IMG/VR virus record: IMGVR_UViG_3300026078_000023
Coordinates: 1-64,000 of that record
Direction: 5' to 3' (one strand)
Length of the DNA: 64,000 nucleotides
Source of the DNA: a virus
Shown here: positions 36,388 to 45,219 of the stretch, one piece after another
Numbering within the stretch: the stretch's first letter is position 1
Layout of the letters: each line of letters starts with the position of its first letter
Notes under the pieces: generated by a model
What the model saw: the letters and a program-made list of their open reading frames with translations, nothing else
Told to the model about the DNA's origin: nothing
The model's database searches: none
Program-made: the position numbers and the translations under genes

Positions 36388-37298
36388 AGCCCGACCCTCC
36401 CGGCCTTGAACGCGCCGCTCGAGACACCCGCGTAGCCGACGCCGTTCGACCTGGCCGCCCCGTTCCGCGGCCTGGCAGGCAGCCACTCCTGGTTGTGGCA
36501 CTTGCCGTTGAACCACGTGGACAGGTCCTTCACGAACCCGGCCGCCGGCCGGTCCGAGAGCATGTACGCCGACCAGCTGGCGGCGACCAGGTCGAGCGGC
36601 GGCCGGCCGACCTTCACCCACGCGCGGTGGGCGGCGTCCTTCCCACCGCGCCGGCCGGTGACCGCCCAGATCGCCTCGAAGACCTCCGTGTAGCGCGGGG
36701 GGCGCGGCGGCGCGGCGGCGGCGCGCGGAACCTCCGGGTCTGCCTCTCCCGGAAGAGGCACAGAGACCAGACCAGGGATCACCGCTTGGTTCCCGGGGTT
36801 AGTTTTCGTTTTCGGCTCGGGCACATTTGTTTGTTCCGATCCGAAGGATCGGATGGAGGGAACGGGAAGGGGGGGAGAGGAGGGGAGAGGAAGGGAAGGG
36901 GGTTTCGCTTCGGTTTCCGTCCGCTTAACCGACCGGTTTACCGGTAGGTTTTCAGGTTCGGAAATCGCAGGCTTTTTTGGCCTACCCTTGCTTTTCGCAC
37001 CGTTCGCGCGCTTGGACTCGACCAGGCGCTGGCCGTGGTAGTCGTAGGCCTCGACGAAGAGGCCCCCGTCGACCCACTTGCAGAGGGACGCCTCGGTCGC
37101 CGCCTCGACGTCTTCTTGGGTCACGCCGGCGCACAGCATCAGCGCCCGGGCGCTGGACAGGCGAGTGAGCGGGAGCGTGTCCGTCTCGGCCTTCGCCGCG
37201 GCCGCCGCCAGCCTGAGCCAGACCCCGACGGCCGCGTGGGGGGCGTCGGCGAAGGGTGGGCGGTTGAGGACCTCCTGGTAGACCGCCGCGAACTTCAC
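36384..37298 (-). CDS. phage replication initiator protein
   Basis: Upstream of the loader and helicase; NGAKSKGRP, Pro/Ser linker, FEAIW....RRGGKDAA..AW...KDLSTWFN. Confidence 0.75.
   Translation of the reverse strand: MKFAAVYQEVLNRPPFADAPHAAVGVWLRLAAAAAKAETDTLPLTRLSSARALMLCAGVTQEDVEAATEASLCKWVDGGLFVEAYDYHGQRLVESKRANGAKSKGRPKKPAISEPENLPVNRSVKRTETEAKPPSLPLPSSPPLPVPSIRSFGSEQTNVPEPKTKTNPGNQAVIPGLVSVPLPGEADPEVPRAAAAPPRPPRYTEVFEAIWAVTGRRGGKDAAHRAWVKVGRPPLDLVAASWSAYMLSDRPAAGFVKDLSTWFNGKCHNQEWLPARPRNGAARSNGVGYAGVSSGAFKAGRVGL
36790..36995. other. putative replication origin inside the initiator gene
   Basis: Local GC drop, purine tract at about 36850-36902, degenerate GGTTT repeats at 11-12 nt spacing (36901, 36912, 36923, 36935, 36947). 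Confidence 0.5.
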
Positions 37299-37299
37299 C

Positions 37300-37427
37300 G
37301 GCGACCCCCGCGTGTCGCCTGAACAACCCGTCCCGTCTCGCGGAGCCCCCCCGGTGACCCTTGCCTAGGGGGCCACATGGTTGGACGAGCGCAACGGGTT
37401 GACCAGGGGACACGCGAGGATGTCGCC
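37300..37427 (-). ncRNA. long hairpin leader over the initiator RBS
   Basis: Imperfect inverted repeat, arms 37300-37331 and 37394-37427, ending 1 nt before the GTG start. Confidence 0.55.
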
Positions 37428-37523
37428 ATCGGGGGAAGCTCCTTAGTTTTGGGGACCGGAAGAGGAACCCGGGTCGGCGATTTTCGCCGGCACGGTAGGC
37501 AGGCGGAACGATACCCGATTTTG

Positions 37524-38099
37524 TTACAGACCGGAAACGCGACCCTCCCGGCCGACCAGGCGGGCGACCGCGGCGCGGGCGCGTTCGTACGCGCCTGGTT
37601 CGTTCCAGGCGCGGCAGAGGCCGCTCGGGTGGGGCAGGGACACGTACGGGACCGAGATCGCCTCGCCTTGCGCGAACCAGACCCCTTCCGCGAAGGGTTC
37701 GTATGGCACCCGGAACGCCTGGGCGACCCTGGCGCCCAGGAAGACCATGGGCAGCCGGCACGCCCGGAGGGCCTCGAGGCCGACCTCGGCGGCCCGCTCC
37801 CTGGCCTCCGCCAGGCGCCACGTCCGGCGGCACAGGTTCACCCGGCGGAAGTCCCGCACGTAGGTGCGGACGTCGACCCCCAGTACCAGCCGGCACAGGC
37901 GGTCCCCGGACGACCCGGCCGGCTTCGGGAAGAGGGCCATCTCCGGGCGGCCGCCGTAGGGGTTCGCCTCGCCGACCAGGACGGCGATGCGGGCGTCCTC
38001 GAGCAGCGGGTCGCGCCACCGGTGGCTCGGCAGGACGATCGCCGCCGCGATGTTGTCGACCAGGGCCTGGTCGATTTTGACCTTGGGTTTGTTTTTCAC
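37524..38099 (-). CDS. uracil-DNA glycosylase superfamily-like protein
   Basis: VLVGEANP, SSGDRL, VNLC, VFLGARVA, LPHPSG...WN. Confidence 0.7.
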   Translation of the reverse strand: MKNKPKVKIDQALVDNIAAAIVLPSHRWRDPLLEDARIAVLVGEANPYGGRPEMALFPKPAGSSGDRLCRLVLGVDVRTYVRDFRRVNLCRRTWRLAEARERAAEVGLEALRACRLPMVFLGARVAQAFRVPYEPFAEGVWFAQGEAISVPYVSLPHPSGLCRAWNEPGAYERARAAVARLVGREGRVSGL

Positions 38100-39508
38100 G
38101 TCACCCTCCCGATTGTCGCCGGTTCGACGATGCGGACGGTGTACCCGCGCGACCGCCAGGCCTCGACCCGGGCCCTGGCGTGGGCCTCGAGCCACTTGTT
38201 CCCCTGGTCGTAGATGTCCAGGAACGTCACCGTGCGCGGCTTGCCCTCGCAGACGCGCATGATGCGGCCGACCTTCTGGAGGGCGTCGATCCGGCTGGCG
38301 CCGGCGCCGGCGTTGACGGCGCCCTCGACCTCCGGGATGTCGATCCCCTTGTTGAACACCTTGCTCGTCACGAGGACATCGCGGAGGCCGACCTTGAGCT
38401 CGTGGATCGCGCGGTTGCGCTTGGCGGTGTTGCTGGCGCCCTCCACGAACGTCGTGCGGACGTACCCGTCGAGCATCCGCGTCAGCGCGCGCCCGTGCGG
38501 CAGCTTCGAGAAGAACACCATCGACGGGCGCGGGCACAGCTGGCGGTTGATGACCAGGCTCCGGACCAGCGCGTTCCTGGCCTCATTCAGCGTCACGCCG
38601 GCCTCGTACACGACCGGGAACGAGCCGGTCATCTTCCCGTGGCGGTGGCGCACGCAGAAGATCTGAGGGTCGCACAGCCACCCGGCGTCGATGAGCGGTC
38701 GCGGCTGCACGTCGTGGATGAGCGGCCCCAAGATCCCCACCGCGCGGTAGTCGGCCTCGTCAGACCGCTCGAACGGCGTCGCCGAGAACCCGAGCCGCCA
38801 CCAGGCGCGCTCGCAGGCCATGGCCACCTTCGAGAACTCGTCGGCCGACAGGACCTGCACCTCGTCCCCGATCACCCCTTCGGTCTCCTCGAGGAGCTGC
38901 CGGACGCGCGGTTCACCCATGTTCTTGTGCAGCGTCTGCAGGGTGGCGACCGTGTAGCGGCGCGGGTTCCACTCCCCGTCACCCGCCAGGCCGGCGACCT
39001 CGCCGGTGCACTGGTAGAACCGGTCCGCCGCCTGGTGCATGAGGTCCTTCGTGTCCACCAGGACGAGCCACCGGCACCGGACCGCGCTTCCGATCGCCGA
39101 GAAGCACTGGGTCTTCCCGCTGCCGGTCGGCATCGACACCACGCCGCGCCCGCGGCGGAGGATCGCCTCCACGGCGACGTGCTGGTAGTCGCGGAGCCAC
39201 CCGAACCCGGCAGCCCGCGCCATCGCCGCGTCCCGGTCCCCGCCCGGCGCCGGCGGGCGAGCGTCGACGAAATCGAGGGCGACCCCCGCCTCCCGCGCGC
39301 GCCCGGCCACCATGCGCGACAGGCCGGCCAGGAACCGGCTCTGCTTGCGCGAGAACAGGTGGACCGTCCCGTCCCACACCCCGGCCTCGTACGCCTCTGA
39401 GTACTCGGCGCCGGGGGGTTCGACCGTCAGGTAGCCGTCCAGCCAGTCGAGCTCGGCCGGCGTGGCGCCCTCGACGCGCGCCCACGTGTTGTCAGCGACG
39501 ACGCGCAT
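38096..39508 (-). CDS. SF2 helicase (UvsW-like)
   Basis: LRDYQ, MPTGSGKT, GDEVQ, FSATP, KGIDIP, QKVGRIMR. Confidence 0.9.
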   Translation of the reverse strand: MRVVADNTWARVEGATPAELDWLDGYLTVEPPGAEYSEAYEAGVWDGTVHLFSRKQSRFLAGLSRMVAGRAREAGVALDFVDARPPAPGGDRDAAMARAAGFGWLRDYQHVAVEAILRRGRGVVSMPTGSGKTQCFSAIGSAVRCRWLVLVDTKDLMHQAADRFYQCTGEVAGLAGDGEWNPRRYTVATLQTLHKNMGEPRVRQLLEETEGVIGDEVQVLSADEFSKVAMACERAWWRLGFSATPFERSDEADYRAVGILGPLIHDVQPRPLIDAGWLCDPQIFCVRHRHGKMTGSFPVVYEAGVTLNEARNALVRSLVINRQLCPRPSMVFFSKLPHGRALTRMLDGYVRTTFVEGASNTAKRNRAIHELKVGLRDVLVTSKVFNKGIDIPEVEGAVNAGAGASRIDALQKVGRIMRVCEGKPRTVTFLDIYDQGNKWLEAHARARVEAWRSRGYTVRIVEPATIGRVT

Positions 39509-39786
39509 CACGCAAATTTCTTACGGAGTCCCAGGTCGATGAGGAGCTTCTCGACCTGACGCCCGTCCATCACCAGCAGCGTGCCGGTCACCTCGAACGA
39601 CACGCCGCGCTCGTCGACGTCGTCCACCTTCCACCCGTCCGGGAGCGGGTGCAGGAGGTCGTTCTCGTCGATCGCCTCGAGCTTGGCCGCCAGCTCCGGT
39701 CCAGGGTCGGCGTGGATCTCGAACTCGACCACCAGGTGGTCCCACGGCGTCCCCGGTTCGCCGTACTTGTTCCGCCTCACGGTCAC
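39508..39786 (-). CDS. hypothetical protein
   Basis: GTGA-coupled. Confidence 0.55.
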   Translation of the reverse strand: MTVRRNKYGEPGTPWDHLVVEFEIHADPGPELAAKLEAIDENDLLHPLPDGWKVDDVDERGVSFEVTGTLLVMDGRQVEKLLIDLGLRKKFA

Positions 39787-40094
39787 GCCGCCCTGCGCTT
39801 CCTGGGCCGCTGGGCCGGCGCCGGCTGCTTCTTCGGCTGCCCCTGGAACGCCTCCGGGACCTTGCGCTTCAGGTCCGCCAGGCTCGCGTAGACGCTCATC
39901 CGCCCGGCCCCCCATTTCCGCTTGCGGACCTCCCCCAGGCGGATCCAGTGGTAGATGTTCGACCGGACGACCTTCGCAAGCTCGGCCGCCTCTTCGATGG
40001 GGACGAACGGCCCGCCGTCCGCCGCGGGGACCGAGTACATCACGGCGTTCCTGGCCTCGAGCATCGCCTTCTTCTTCGGGTCTTGGATCTTCAC
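39783..40094 (-). CDS. excisionase/MerR-like HTH DNA-binding protein
   Basis: IEEAAELAKVVRSNIYHWIRLGEV. Confidence 0.65.
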   Translation of the reverse strand: MKIQDPKKKAMLEARNAVMYSVPAADGGPFVPIEEAAELAKVVRSNIYHWIRLGEVRKRKWGAGRMSVYASLADLKRKVPEAFQGQPKKQPAPAQRPRKRRAA

Positions 40095-40267
40095 GGTTGC
40101 CTCTCGTGTTGGGGGTTGTTGGTCATCGAGGCGCGCACCTTCTCGAGCGCCTCGAGGAACGTCGGGATCTTGGCCGTCTCCATCAGCTCGGCCGCCAGCT
40201 CGCGCTCCAGCTCCTCGCGGGTCAGGCCCGGCCGCGTCGTCTCCTGGTCGAACCCGTCGCTCGTCAC
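40091..40267 (-). CDS. small hypothetical protein
   Basis: GTGA overlaps at both ends. Confidence 0.5.
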   Translation of the reverse strand: MTSDGFDQETTRPGLTREELERELAAELMETAKIPTFLEALEKVRASMTNNPQHERQP

Positions 40268-40890
40268 GGCAGGACCGCCTCGGCCTCCTGCAGGGCCTCC
40301 CACAGCACGCCGGCGCGGGACGACGAGAGCGCGTGCCGAACGCGGAGGGCGGCGCGCTGCACCTGGTCCCGCCACAGGCCGGTCGCCTTGACGATCTCGG
40401 TGGTGTCCATCGCCGGCCCCTCGAGGCCGACCATGAGCGCGCCCACCTGCCGCGCGTCGTTCGGGAGCCGGCGGAGCGCCCGCTCCACCTCGCGCCGCCA
40501 GCGCACCCGCGCCGCCGCCGCCTTCAGGCGCGCCTCCGGGAGGCCCTCCACCTCGAGGGCGGCGTCCTCCGGGCTCTCCACCGGGAAGATGACCTTCTCG
40601 GCCGGGACGCGGATCTGCAGCCGGCCGGCGAGCCCGGCCTTGGCCACGGCGCGGGAGATCGAGGTCGCGCTCAGCCACTTGTGCACGAGCGCCCCGACCG
40701 CGGTGACCATGCCGCGGTAGTAGTACGGCTCGGCCCTGCCGCGGCTGGGCTTGTAGTAGTTGGCCATCTCGAGGCCGACGAGCAGGGACTCCTGCAGGAT
40801 GTCGTCGCGCATGTGGGGTGGGAAGTGCTGGCCGAGGTGGCGGGTTACGGCCTGGGCGGCGCGCTCGATGGGGGCGTGGTCGACGGACAT
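40264..40890 (-). CDS. phage-encoded sigma70-family sigma factor (regions 2 and 4)
   Basis: Region 2 DDILQESLLVGLEMANYYKPSRG...YYY; region 4 LRRLPNDARQV...GLEG.AMDTTEIVKATGLWRDQVQR; AGGAGG RBS. Confidence 0.7.
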   Translation of the reverse strand: MSVDHAPIERAAQAVTRHLGQHFPPHMRDDILQESLLVGLEMANYYKPSRGRAEPYYYRGMVTAVGALVHKWLSATSISRAVAKAGLAGRLQIRVPAEKVIFPVESPEDAALEVEGLPEARLKAAAARVRWRREVERALRRLPNDARQVGALMVGLEGPAMDTTEIVKATGLWRDQVQRAALRVRHALSSSRAGVLWEALQEAEAVLP

Positions 40891-41024
40891 GGGATCCTCC
40901 TGGTTGATTCTGACGTGGGGTATCGGAGCCTTGACGATTGGCTGCTTGGGTCTCACTCTGTCGGGAGCAGGCGCGTTCCTCCCTGGTTCGTGCCGTGGGG
41001 CTAGGCGGCCTCCCCGGGTCCAGG

Positions 41025-41318
41025 TCAAGCGTCACTGGACCCGGGGGGCATCCTCAGCGGGTTCCGGTGAGTAAGCTCGCGGCGCACCACCCGGAGGACG
41101 ACGCCGTCGCCAGCCACCCGGAGTTCACCTTCCTTGGTCTCCGCCAGGCGCTGGCCGTAGGCCATCAGGAGCTCGTAGGGGTCCACCACGACCTCGACCG
41201 TTAGGTCCTCGATCCCGGTCACGACAGGACTCAGGAACCCCTTTCCGTCCGGCGCTAACACGGGCGCCTTGATCGCGTGGCGGATCCGCCCGGCGGGCAT
41301 GGTGAGTTTGACGCTCAC
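41025..41318 (-). CDS. hypothetical protein
   Basis: VSVKLTMPAG; GGAGG RBS. Confidence 0.55.
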   Translation of the reverse strand: MSVKLTMPAGRIRHAIKAPVLAPDGKGFLSPVVTGIEDLTVEVVVDPYELLMAYGQRLAETKEGELRVAGDGVVLRVVRRELTHRNPLRMPPGSSDA

Positions 41319-41884
41319 CGCGCCTCCAGGTGCTTGCCGTAACGGACGTGGAGCGACTCGGAGCCCTCGGGGTCGCGGCACAGGTACTCGCGGCCGCTGG
41401 GGGCGATCTTGTCGACCACCAACTCGGACAGGAACGCGGCGGCGTACAGGCCGGACCCGGTGTACTTGGGGAGGAACTTTTTGGCGACGCGGACGGCGTC
41501 GCCGACCTTGAAGCGCGGCGCCTTCGGAGGCCGCCCGGCGGGGACGCGCTCCGAGTCGATGACCTGCAGGTGCGGGACCGCGCCGGTGAACGATGCCGAC
41601 CCCAGCGCGCCCCTCGCGGCGAGGAGGGCGACCGAGGCGTCCGAACCCGGCTTCGCGCTCTCGTTCGCGATCGCAGCGGCCACCACAGCGACGGCCTTCT
41701 GGCGGACCACCTCGGCACGCTCGAGGGCGCGGGCGAATTTGTACCAGGCGGACGGTTTGCCGGAGCGGCGCGCGGCCCTGGGTTCGGCGGGTTTCTTCGC
41801 GCTCGCGGCAGCGAGCGCGGCGCCGCGGAGGGCGGGCGTGACGGAGGCGGTGTCGTTCGTCGACGGCTTCGTGGGCTTGGCCAT
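41315..41884 (-). CDS. hypothetical protein
   Basis: MAKPTKP; AGGAG RBS; C-terminal SH3/KOW-like RFKVGDAVRV. Confidence 0.65.
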   Translation of the reverse strand: MAKPTKPSTNDTASVTPALRGAALAAASAKKPAEPRAARRSGKPSAWYKFARALERAEVVRQKAVAVVAAAIANESAKPGSDASVALLAARGALGSASFTGAVPHLQVIDSERVPAGRPPKAPRFKVGDAVRVAKKFLPKYTGSGLYAAAFLSELVVDKIAPSGREYLCRDPEGSESLHVRYGKHLEAR

Positions 41885-42038
41885 GGTGGTCTCCTGGTTC
41901 GGTGGTTTCATGGGTTCGTGGGTTCGTGGTTGGCACCGCTGGCACGTGCGAGTCCGCCGCGGTGTCGTCCGGTTGCCTTTCCGGGGCGCCGCTGCAGCGG
42001 CGTTGTCCCGGCCCTCGCTTGCTGAACGGACCGTGCGA

Positions 42039-42060
42039 GCCCGGAGGCGACCCTCCGGGC
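42039..42060 (-). terminator. GC hairpin after the DUF932 gene
   Basis: GCCCGGAGG-CGAC-CCTCCGGGC, 9-bp stem; no clear U tract. Confidence 0.45.
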
Positions 42061-42074
42061 CCGAGGCGGTCAGC

Positions 42075-43172
42075 TCAGGCCGCCTTGAGTACGTCGCCGG
42101 CCAGCCGCTCGAGCTCCAGCTTCTTCTCGGGCTCGGCGGTGTTGCGGGCGACCAGGCTGATGGCGTTCGAGAAGCGCCACATGGTGTTCCCCGGGGGGAG
42201 CTCGACGACGTCGGGGGAGTTGAAGGCCTCGGCGATCTTCTCGGCGTCGCCCACCAGGACCTTCTTCTTCAGGCCGGCGAGGGTGACCTTGGGGTCGATG
42301 CCCTGGGCGTGGGCCGCGGTGATCTTCCCGGCGGTCTCGGCGATCTTGGCGTCGGACAAGAGCGCCCGGGCGGTGTCGCGCGCGGCCAGCGTGGCGACCC
42401 GGGTGTCGGCCTCGAGCGTCTGCCGCGACCACTGGATGTCCTCGGAGAGGGCGCGGCCGAGGTGGACCTGGCGGAGGTTCTGCTCCATGGTGGCGCCGTT
42501 GAAACAGGCCAGCCGGAAGGCGAAGGTGCGCAGGCTGTTGGCGCCGGCGCCGAAGTCGCTGTTCGACCAGGCGAACCCGAACACCATGAACTCGCCGGGC
42601 GCCGGCTCGATGATGCGGGGGACGATGAACTTCATCTCGCACCGGATGTCGGACATGACGCCGTCGACCACCACGGCGCCGACCCGCTGGGCCTCGCCGA
42701 CCAGGACGTCGAGGATGGGCCGCGCGTCGATGCGGCGGAACTTGTCGCTGAGGACCGCGCGGACGTTGCCGCCGGCCGCGCGCACCAGGTAGCGCGCCTT
42801 CGCGTTCCCGAAGTGCAGGCCGTCGGTCAGGTTGCGGGCCACCAGCTCGCGGCCCCACTCGCCCTGGCCGAGGAGGTGGTCGACGTACGCCATCGGCATG
42901 GACGCCTGAGAGGCGACGTTGCCGAGCGCGTGGCGGTGGAGCGGAGCCGCCACCGCGGTCCGCCCGTCCGCGGTGCCGACGTTGAGCACCAGGCGCCCGC
43001 CGTCAGCGTCAGAGACGGTCATCCGCGTGGCGGGCGAGATGTAGTCGGCCGGGACCTCGCGGGCCACGCGCTCCATGGTGGCGACGGCCCGGACCTGGCC
43101 CTCTTGGATGTAGCGGTCGAGGCGGCCGGTGGCGATGGACTTCTGCTCCGGGGTCGATGCGATCAGCGTCAT
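42075..43172 (-). CDS. DUF932-like protein
   Basis: VRAVLSDKFRRID, GFAWSNSDFGAGA, FRLACFNGA, TMWRFSNAIS; AAGGAG RBS. Confidence 0.75.
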   Translation of the reverse strand: MTLIASTPEQKSIATGRLDRYIQEGQVRAVATMERVAREVPADYISPATRMTVSDADGGRLVLNVGTADGRTAVAAPLHRHALGNVASQASMPMAYVDHLLGQGEWGRELVARNLTDGLHFGNAKARYLVRAAGGNVRAVLSDKFRRIDARPILDVLVGEAQRVGAVVVDGVMSDIRCEMKFIVPRIIEPAPGEFMVFGFAWSNSDFGAGANSLRTFAFRLACFNGATMEQNLRQVHLGRALSEDIQWSRQTLEADTRVATLAARDTARALLSDAKIAETAGKITAAHAQGIDPKVTLAGLKKKVLVGDAEKIAEAFNSPDVVELPPGNTMWRFSNAISLVARNTAEPEKKLELERLAGDVLKAA

Positions 43173-43239
43173 TTGTGGCTCCTTCGTTCGTGCGTTTGTG
43201 GGTTTGTGGCGCCGGGCCCAACCGCTGCCCGACGCAGAC

Positions 43240-43271
43240 ATGATTACCGTAATGAAAAACCGTTCGCAAAT
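43240..43271 (-). promoter_or_regulatory. sigma70-like promoter with TTTCATTACGGTA box
   Basis: TTGCGA-17-TAATCA; box at 43245-43257. Confidence 0.65.
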
Positions 43272-43272
43272 G

Positions 43273-43300
43273 AAAAGAGCCTGGGTCGGCTCTTTTTTTT
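43273..43300. terminator. bidirectional intrinsic terminator
   Basis: AAAAGAGCC-TGGGTC-GGCTCTTTTTTTT. Confidence 0.8.
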
Positions 43301-43312
43301 ACGGTGGGGCGA

Positions 43313-43906
43313 TCAGGCCTCGCCCGCGCGCTCGGCGGGGCGGACCTCGCGCAGGAGGTCGTAGATGCGGACGATCGGGGACGTGCCGAGGAGGGCTCCC
43401 CCGGTGGCGTACTGGGATTCAACGGCGGCGGCGGCGATCCCGGACGCCTTGGTAGCGGCCTCGACGATTCGCCGCAGGCGGGTGATCTCAGCCACGACCT
43501 GCTCGTGCTTCGCGCCCGGCATGCCGGCGGCGGCGGCCACCTCCACGGCCCGGGAGCCGGAGACCGAGTCCGACAGCATGGCGATGTCCGACAGCATGGC
43601 GATCTTGTCCTGCATGACCCGGGCGACCTGCTGGACGAGCGCCCGGGGGTCCACGGCGCGCGGGACGGCTGAGTCGTCCGGCAGGGTGACGAATCCCGGT
43701 AGGCCCGCCTGTTCGGCGTGCCACTGGGCGGCGTGCGCGTGGCAGGCGCCGTCCCCGTCGCAGGCGTCCTCGCACCCGATCGGGTCGAGGCACTCGTCGA
43801 CCGCGGCGCACAAGCCGGGGCACTTCTCGCCCGCCGGGGCGCCGTCGCGGTGGAAATCGCACCGGCCCTCGGTCGTGCAGATCAGGACCCCCTGCCCGGT
43901 GGTCAC
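43313..43906 (-). CDS. hypothetical protein with a Cys-rich N-terminus
   Basis: About 8 Cys in the first 60 aa; GTGA-coupled. Confidence 0.55.
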   Translation of the reverse strand: MTTGQGVLICTTEGRCDFHRDGAPAGEKCPGLCAAVDECLDPIGCEDACDGDGACHAHAAQWHAEQAGLPGFVTLPDDSAVPRAVDPRALVQQVARVMQDKIAMLSDIAMLSDSVSGSRAVEVAAAAGMPGAKHEQVVAEITRLRRIVEAATKASGIAAAAVESQYATGGALLGTSPIVRIYDLLREVRPAERAGEA

Positions 43907-44163
43907 GCGCGCACCGCCGTGATCCGAAGGACGGTGTCGTACAGGGTGTGGACGACGGACTGGAGGTCCTCGCCGGTGCGCGTGACCGACCACTTCGACG
44001 CGTGCTCGCCGAGGTCGTCGCTGTAGCTGTGAACCACCTTCCACGACACGTGAACGTGCCACTTTCCGAACACGCGGTACGTCTCCAGCACCGCGCTCGA
44101 TTTGTCCATCCACGCGACGAAATCGAGGACCTTGCGCGTAATGATCATCCCGTCGGGAGTCAC
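43903..44163 (-). CDS. hypothetical protein
   Basis: GTGA-coupled. Confidence 0.5.
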   Translation of the reverse strand: MTPDGMIITRKVLDFVAWMDKSSAVLETYRVFGKWHVHVSWKVVHSYSDDLGEHASKWSVTRTGEDLQSVVHTLYDTVLRITAVRA

Positions 44164-44435
44164 GCCGGCACCTGGCCGCTGCAGGAGGTGCATGTGGCGT
44201 CGACCACGCCGTTGAAGCCCTCGCACCCGTACGGGCACGCGTCGAAGCCGCGGTCCACCGCCACGGCCCCGGTGTCGTTGCAGACGCACGGGCCGGAGGC
44301 GAACTTGGCCAGGACCTCGCGCGCCACCCGGCGCGCCTCGTCCAGGTCCTGGGTGTCGGGGCGGGTGTACGGGGTGACGAGCTCGGCGATGACGGCTGAG
44401 ATCGGCGCGTCGGAACAGCTGGCGGTCTTTTCCAT
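44160..44435 (-). CDS. Zn-finger-like hypothetical protein
   Basis: CVCNDTG...CPYGC..G...CTSCSG; GGGAGG RBS. Confidence 0.6.
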   Translation of the reverse strand: MEKTASCSDAPISAVIAELVTPYTRPDTQDLDEARRVAREVLAKFASGPCVCNDTGAVAVDRGFDACPYGCEGFNGVVDATCTSCSGQVPA

Positions 44436-44501
44436 CTGGCTACCTCCCTGGGTTTCTGGCGGCGGGTCCCGTGGGGCGGGAACCCATCACCAATTCAGAT
44501 C

Positions 44502-44540
44502 GGTATACCGTAACGAAAACTTAAACGCCAAATAAAAATA
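44502..44540 (-). promoter_or_regulatory. sigma70-like promoter with TTTCGTTACGGTA box and AT-rich UP element
   Basis: TATTTTTATTTGGCG-18-TATACC; box at 44506-44518. Confidence 0.65.
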
Positions 44541-44575
44541 GTCGCCCGACGGTGGCGGGCGGGCCGGATCGGGAT

Positions 44576-44980
44576 CTACCGGCGGGAGGCCAGGGCGCGC
44601 AGGAACTCGGACCGGATGCGCCCCCGGAGCCACCGGTGGTGGGCGTAGTAGGCATCGATCAGCTCGTACCTCCGGGCGCGCATCTCTTCCAGGCGGAGGC
44701 GCTCCTCCTCGAGGTCGCGCTCCTCCGACCCGACGTCGCGCGCCTTGCGGCGCGGGAGCGACACGCCGCGCGCCGGATCGACGTCCACGAACCAGGTCAC
44801 GGCGTCGAACACGGTGCGCGCGTACACGAGCACGCGCCGCGTCTTCTTGGTGCACACGATGAAGGCGGGCGATCCGTCGATCCACATGGAGGACACGATG
44901 GTCCTGCGCCCGACCACCTCGCGCCCGCGGATCGCGTCGGCGCACAGCGCATGCACGCGCGCGGCGCGCGACTCGCTCAC
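44576..44980 (-). CDS. hypothetical protein
   Basis: GTGA-coupled. Confidence 0.5.
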   Translation of the reverse strand: MSESRAARVHALCADAIRGREVVGRRTIVSSMWIDGSPAFIVCTKKTRRVLVYARTVFDAVTWFVDVDPARGVSLPRRKARDVGSEERDLEEERLRLEEMRARRYELIDAYYAHHRWLRGRIRSEFLRALASRR

Positions 44981-45219
44981 GAGCTGCCACGCGGCTTCTC
45001 GTCGTGCGCGTGGCGGATCGTCGCGGTGCCTTCGTTCAATTGGTTCGCGACGTTCGCGCACAGGTTAGCCACCACCAGCGCGCTCGGAGCGTGCGATCCC
45101 GTGACGACGGCGTCGACGCCGTCCCACGCGATGACGACTACGGCGGTGAAGCCGAATTTCTCGGCGGCCTCCTGCGCGATCATTCGAACCGCCACCCCGA
45201 CCTCAGTGGTGATGATCAC
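44977..45219 (-). CDS. hypothetical protein
   Basis: GTGA-coupled to the resolvase gene. Confidence 0.5.
   Translation of the reverse strand: MIITTEVGVAVRMIAQEAAEKFGFTAVVVIAWDGVDAVVTGSHAPSALVVANLCANVANQLNEGTATIRHAHDEKPRGSS

Noticed and set aside
17091-44476. CCCCACGG in three leaders (17091, 40993, 44469)
   Set aside because: A GC-rich 8-mer expected several times by chance at this base composition
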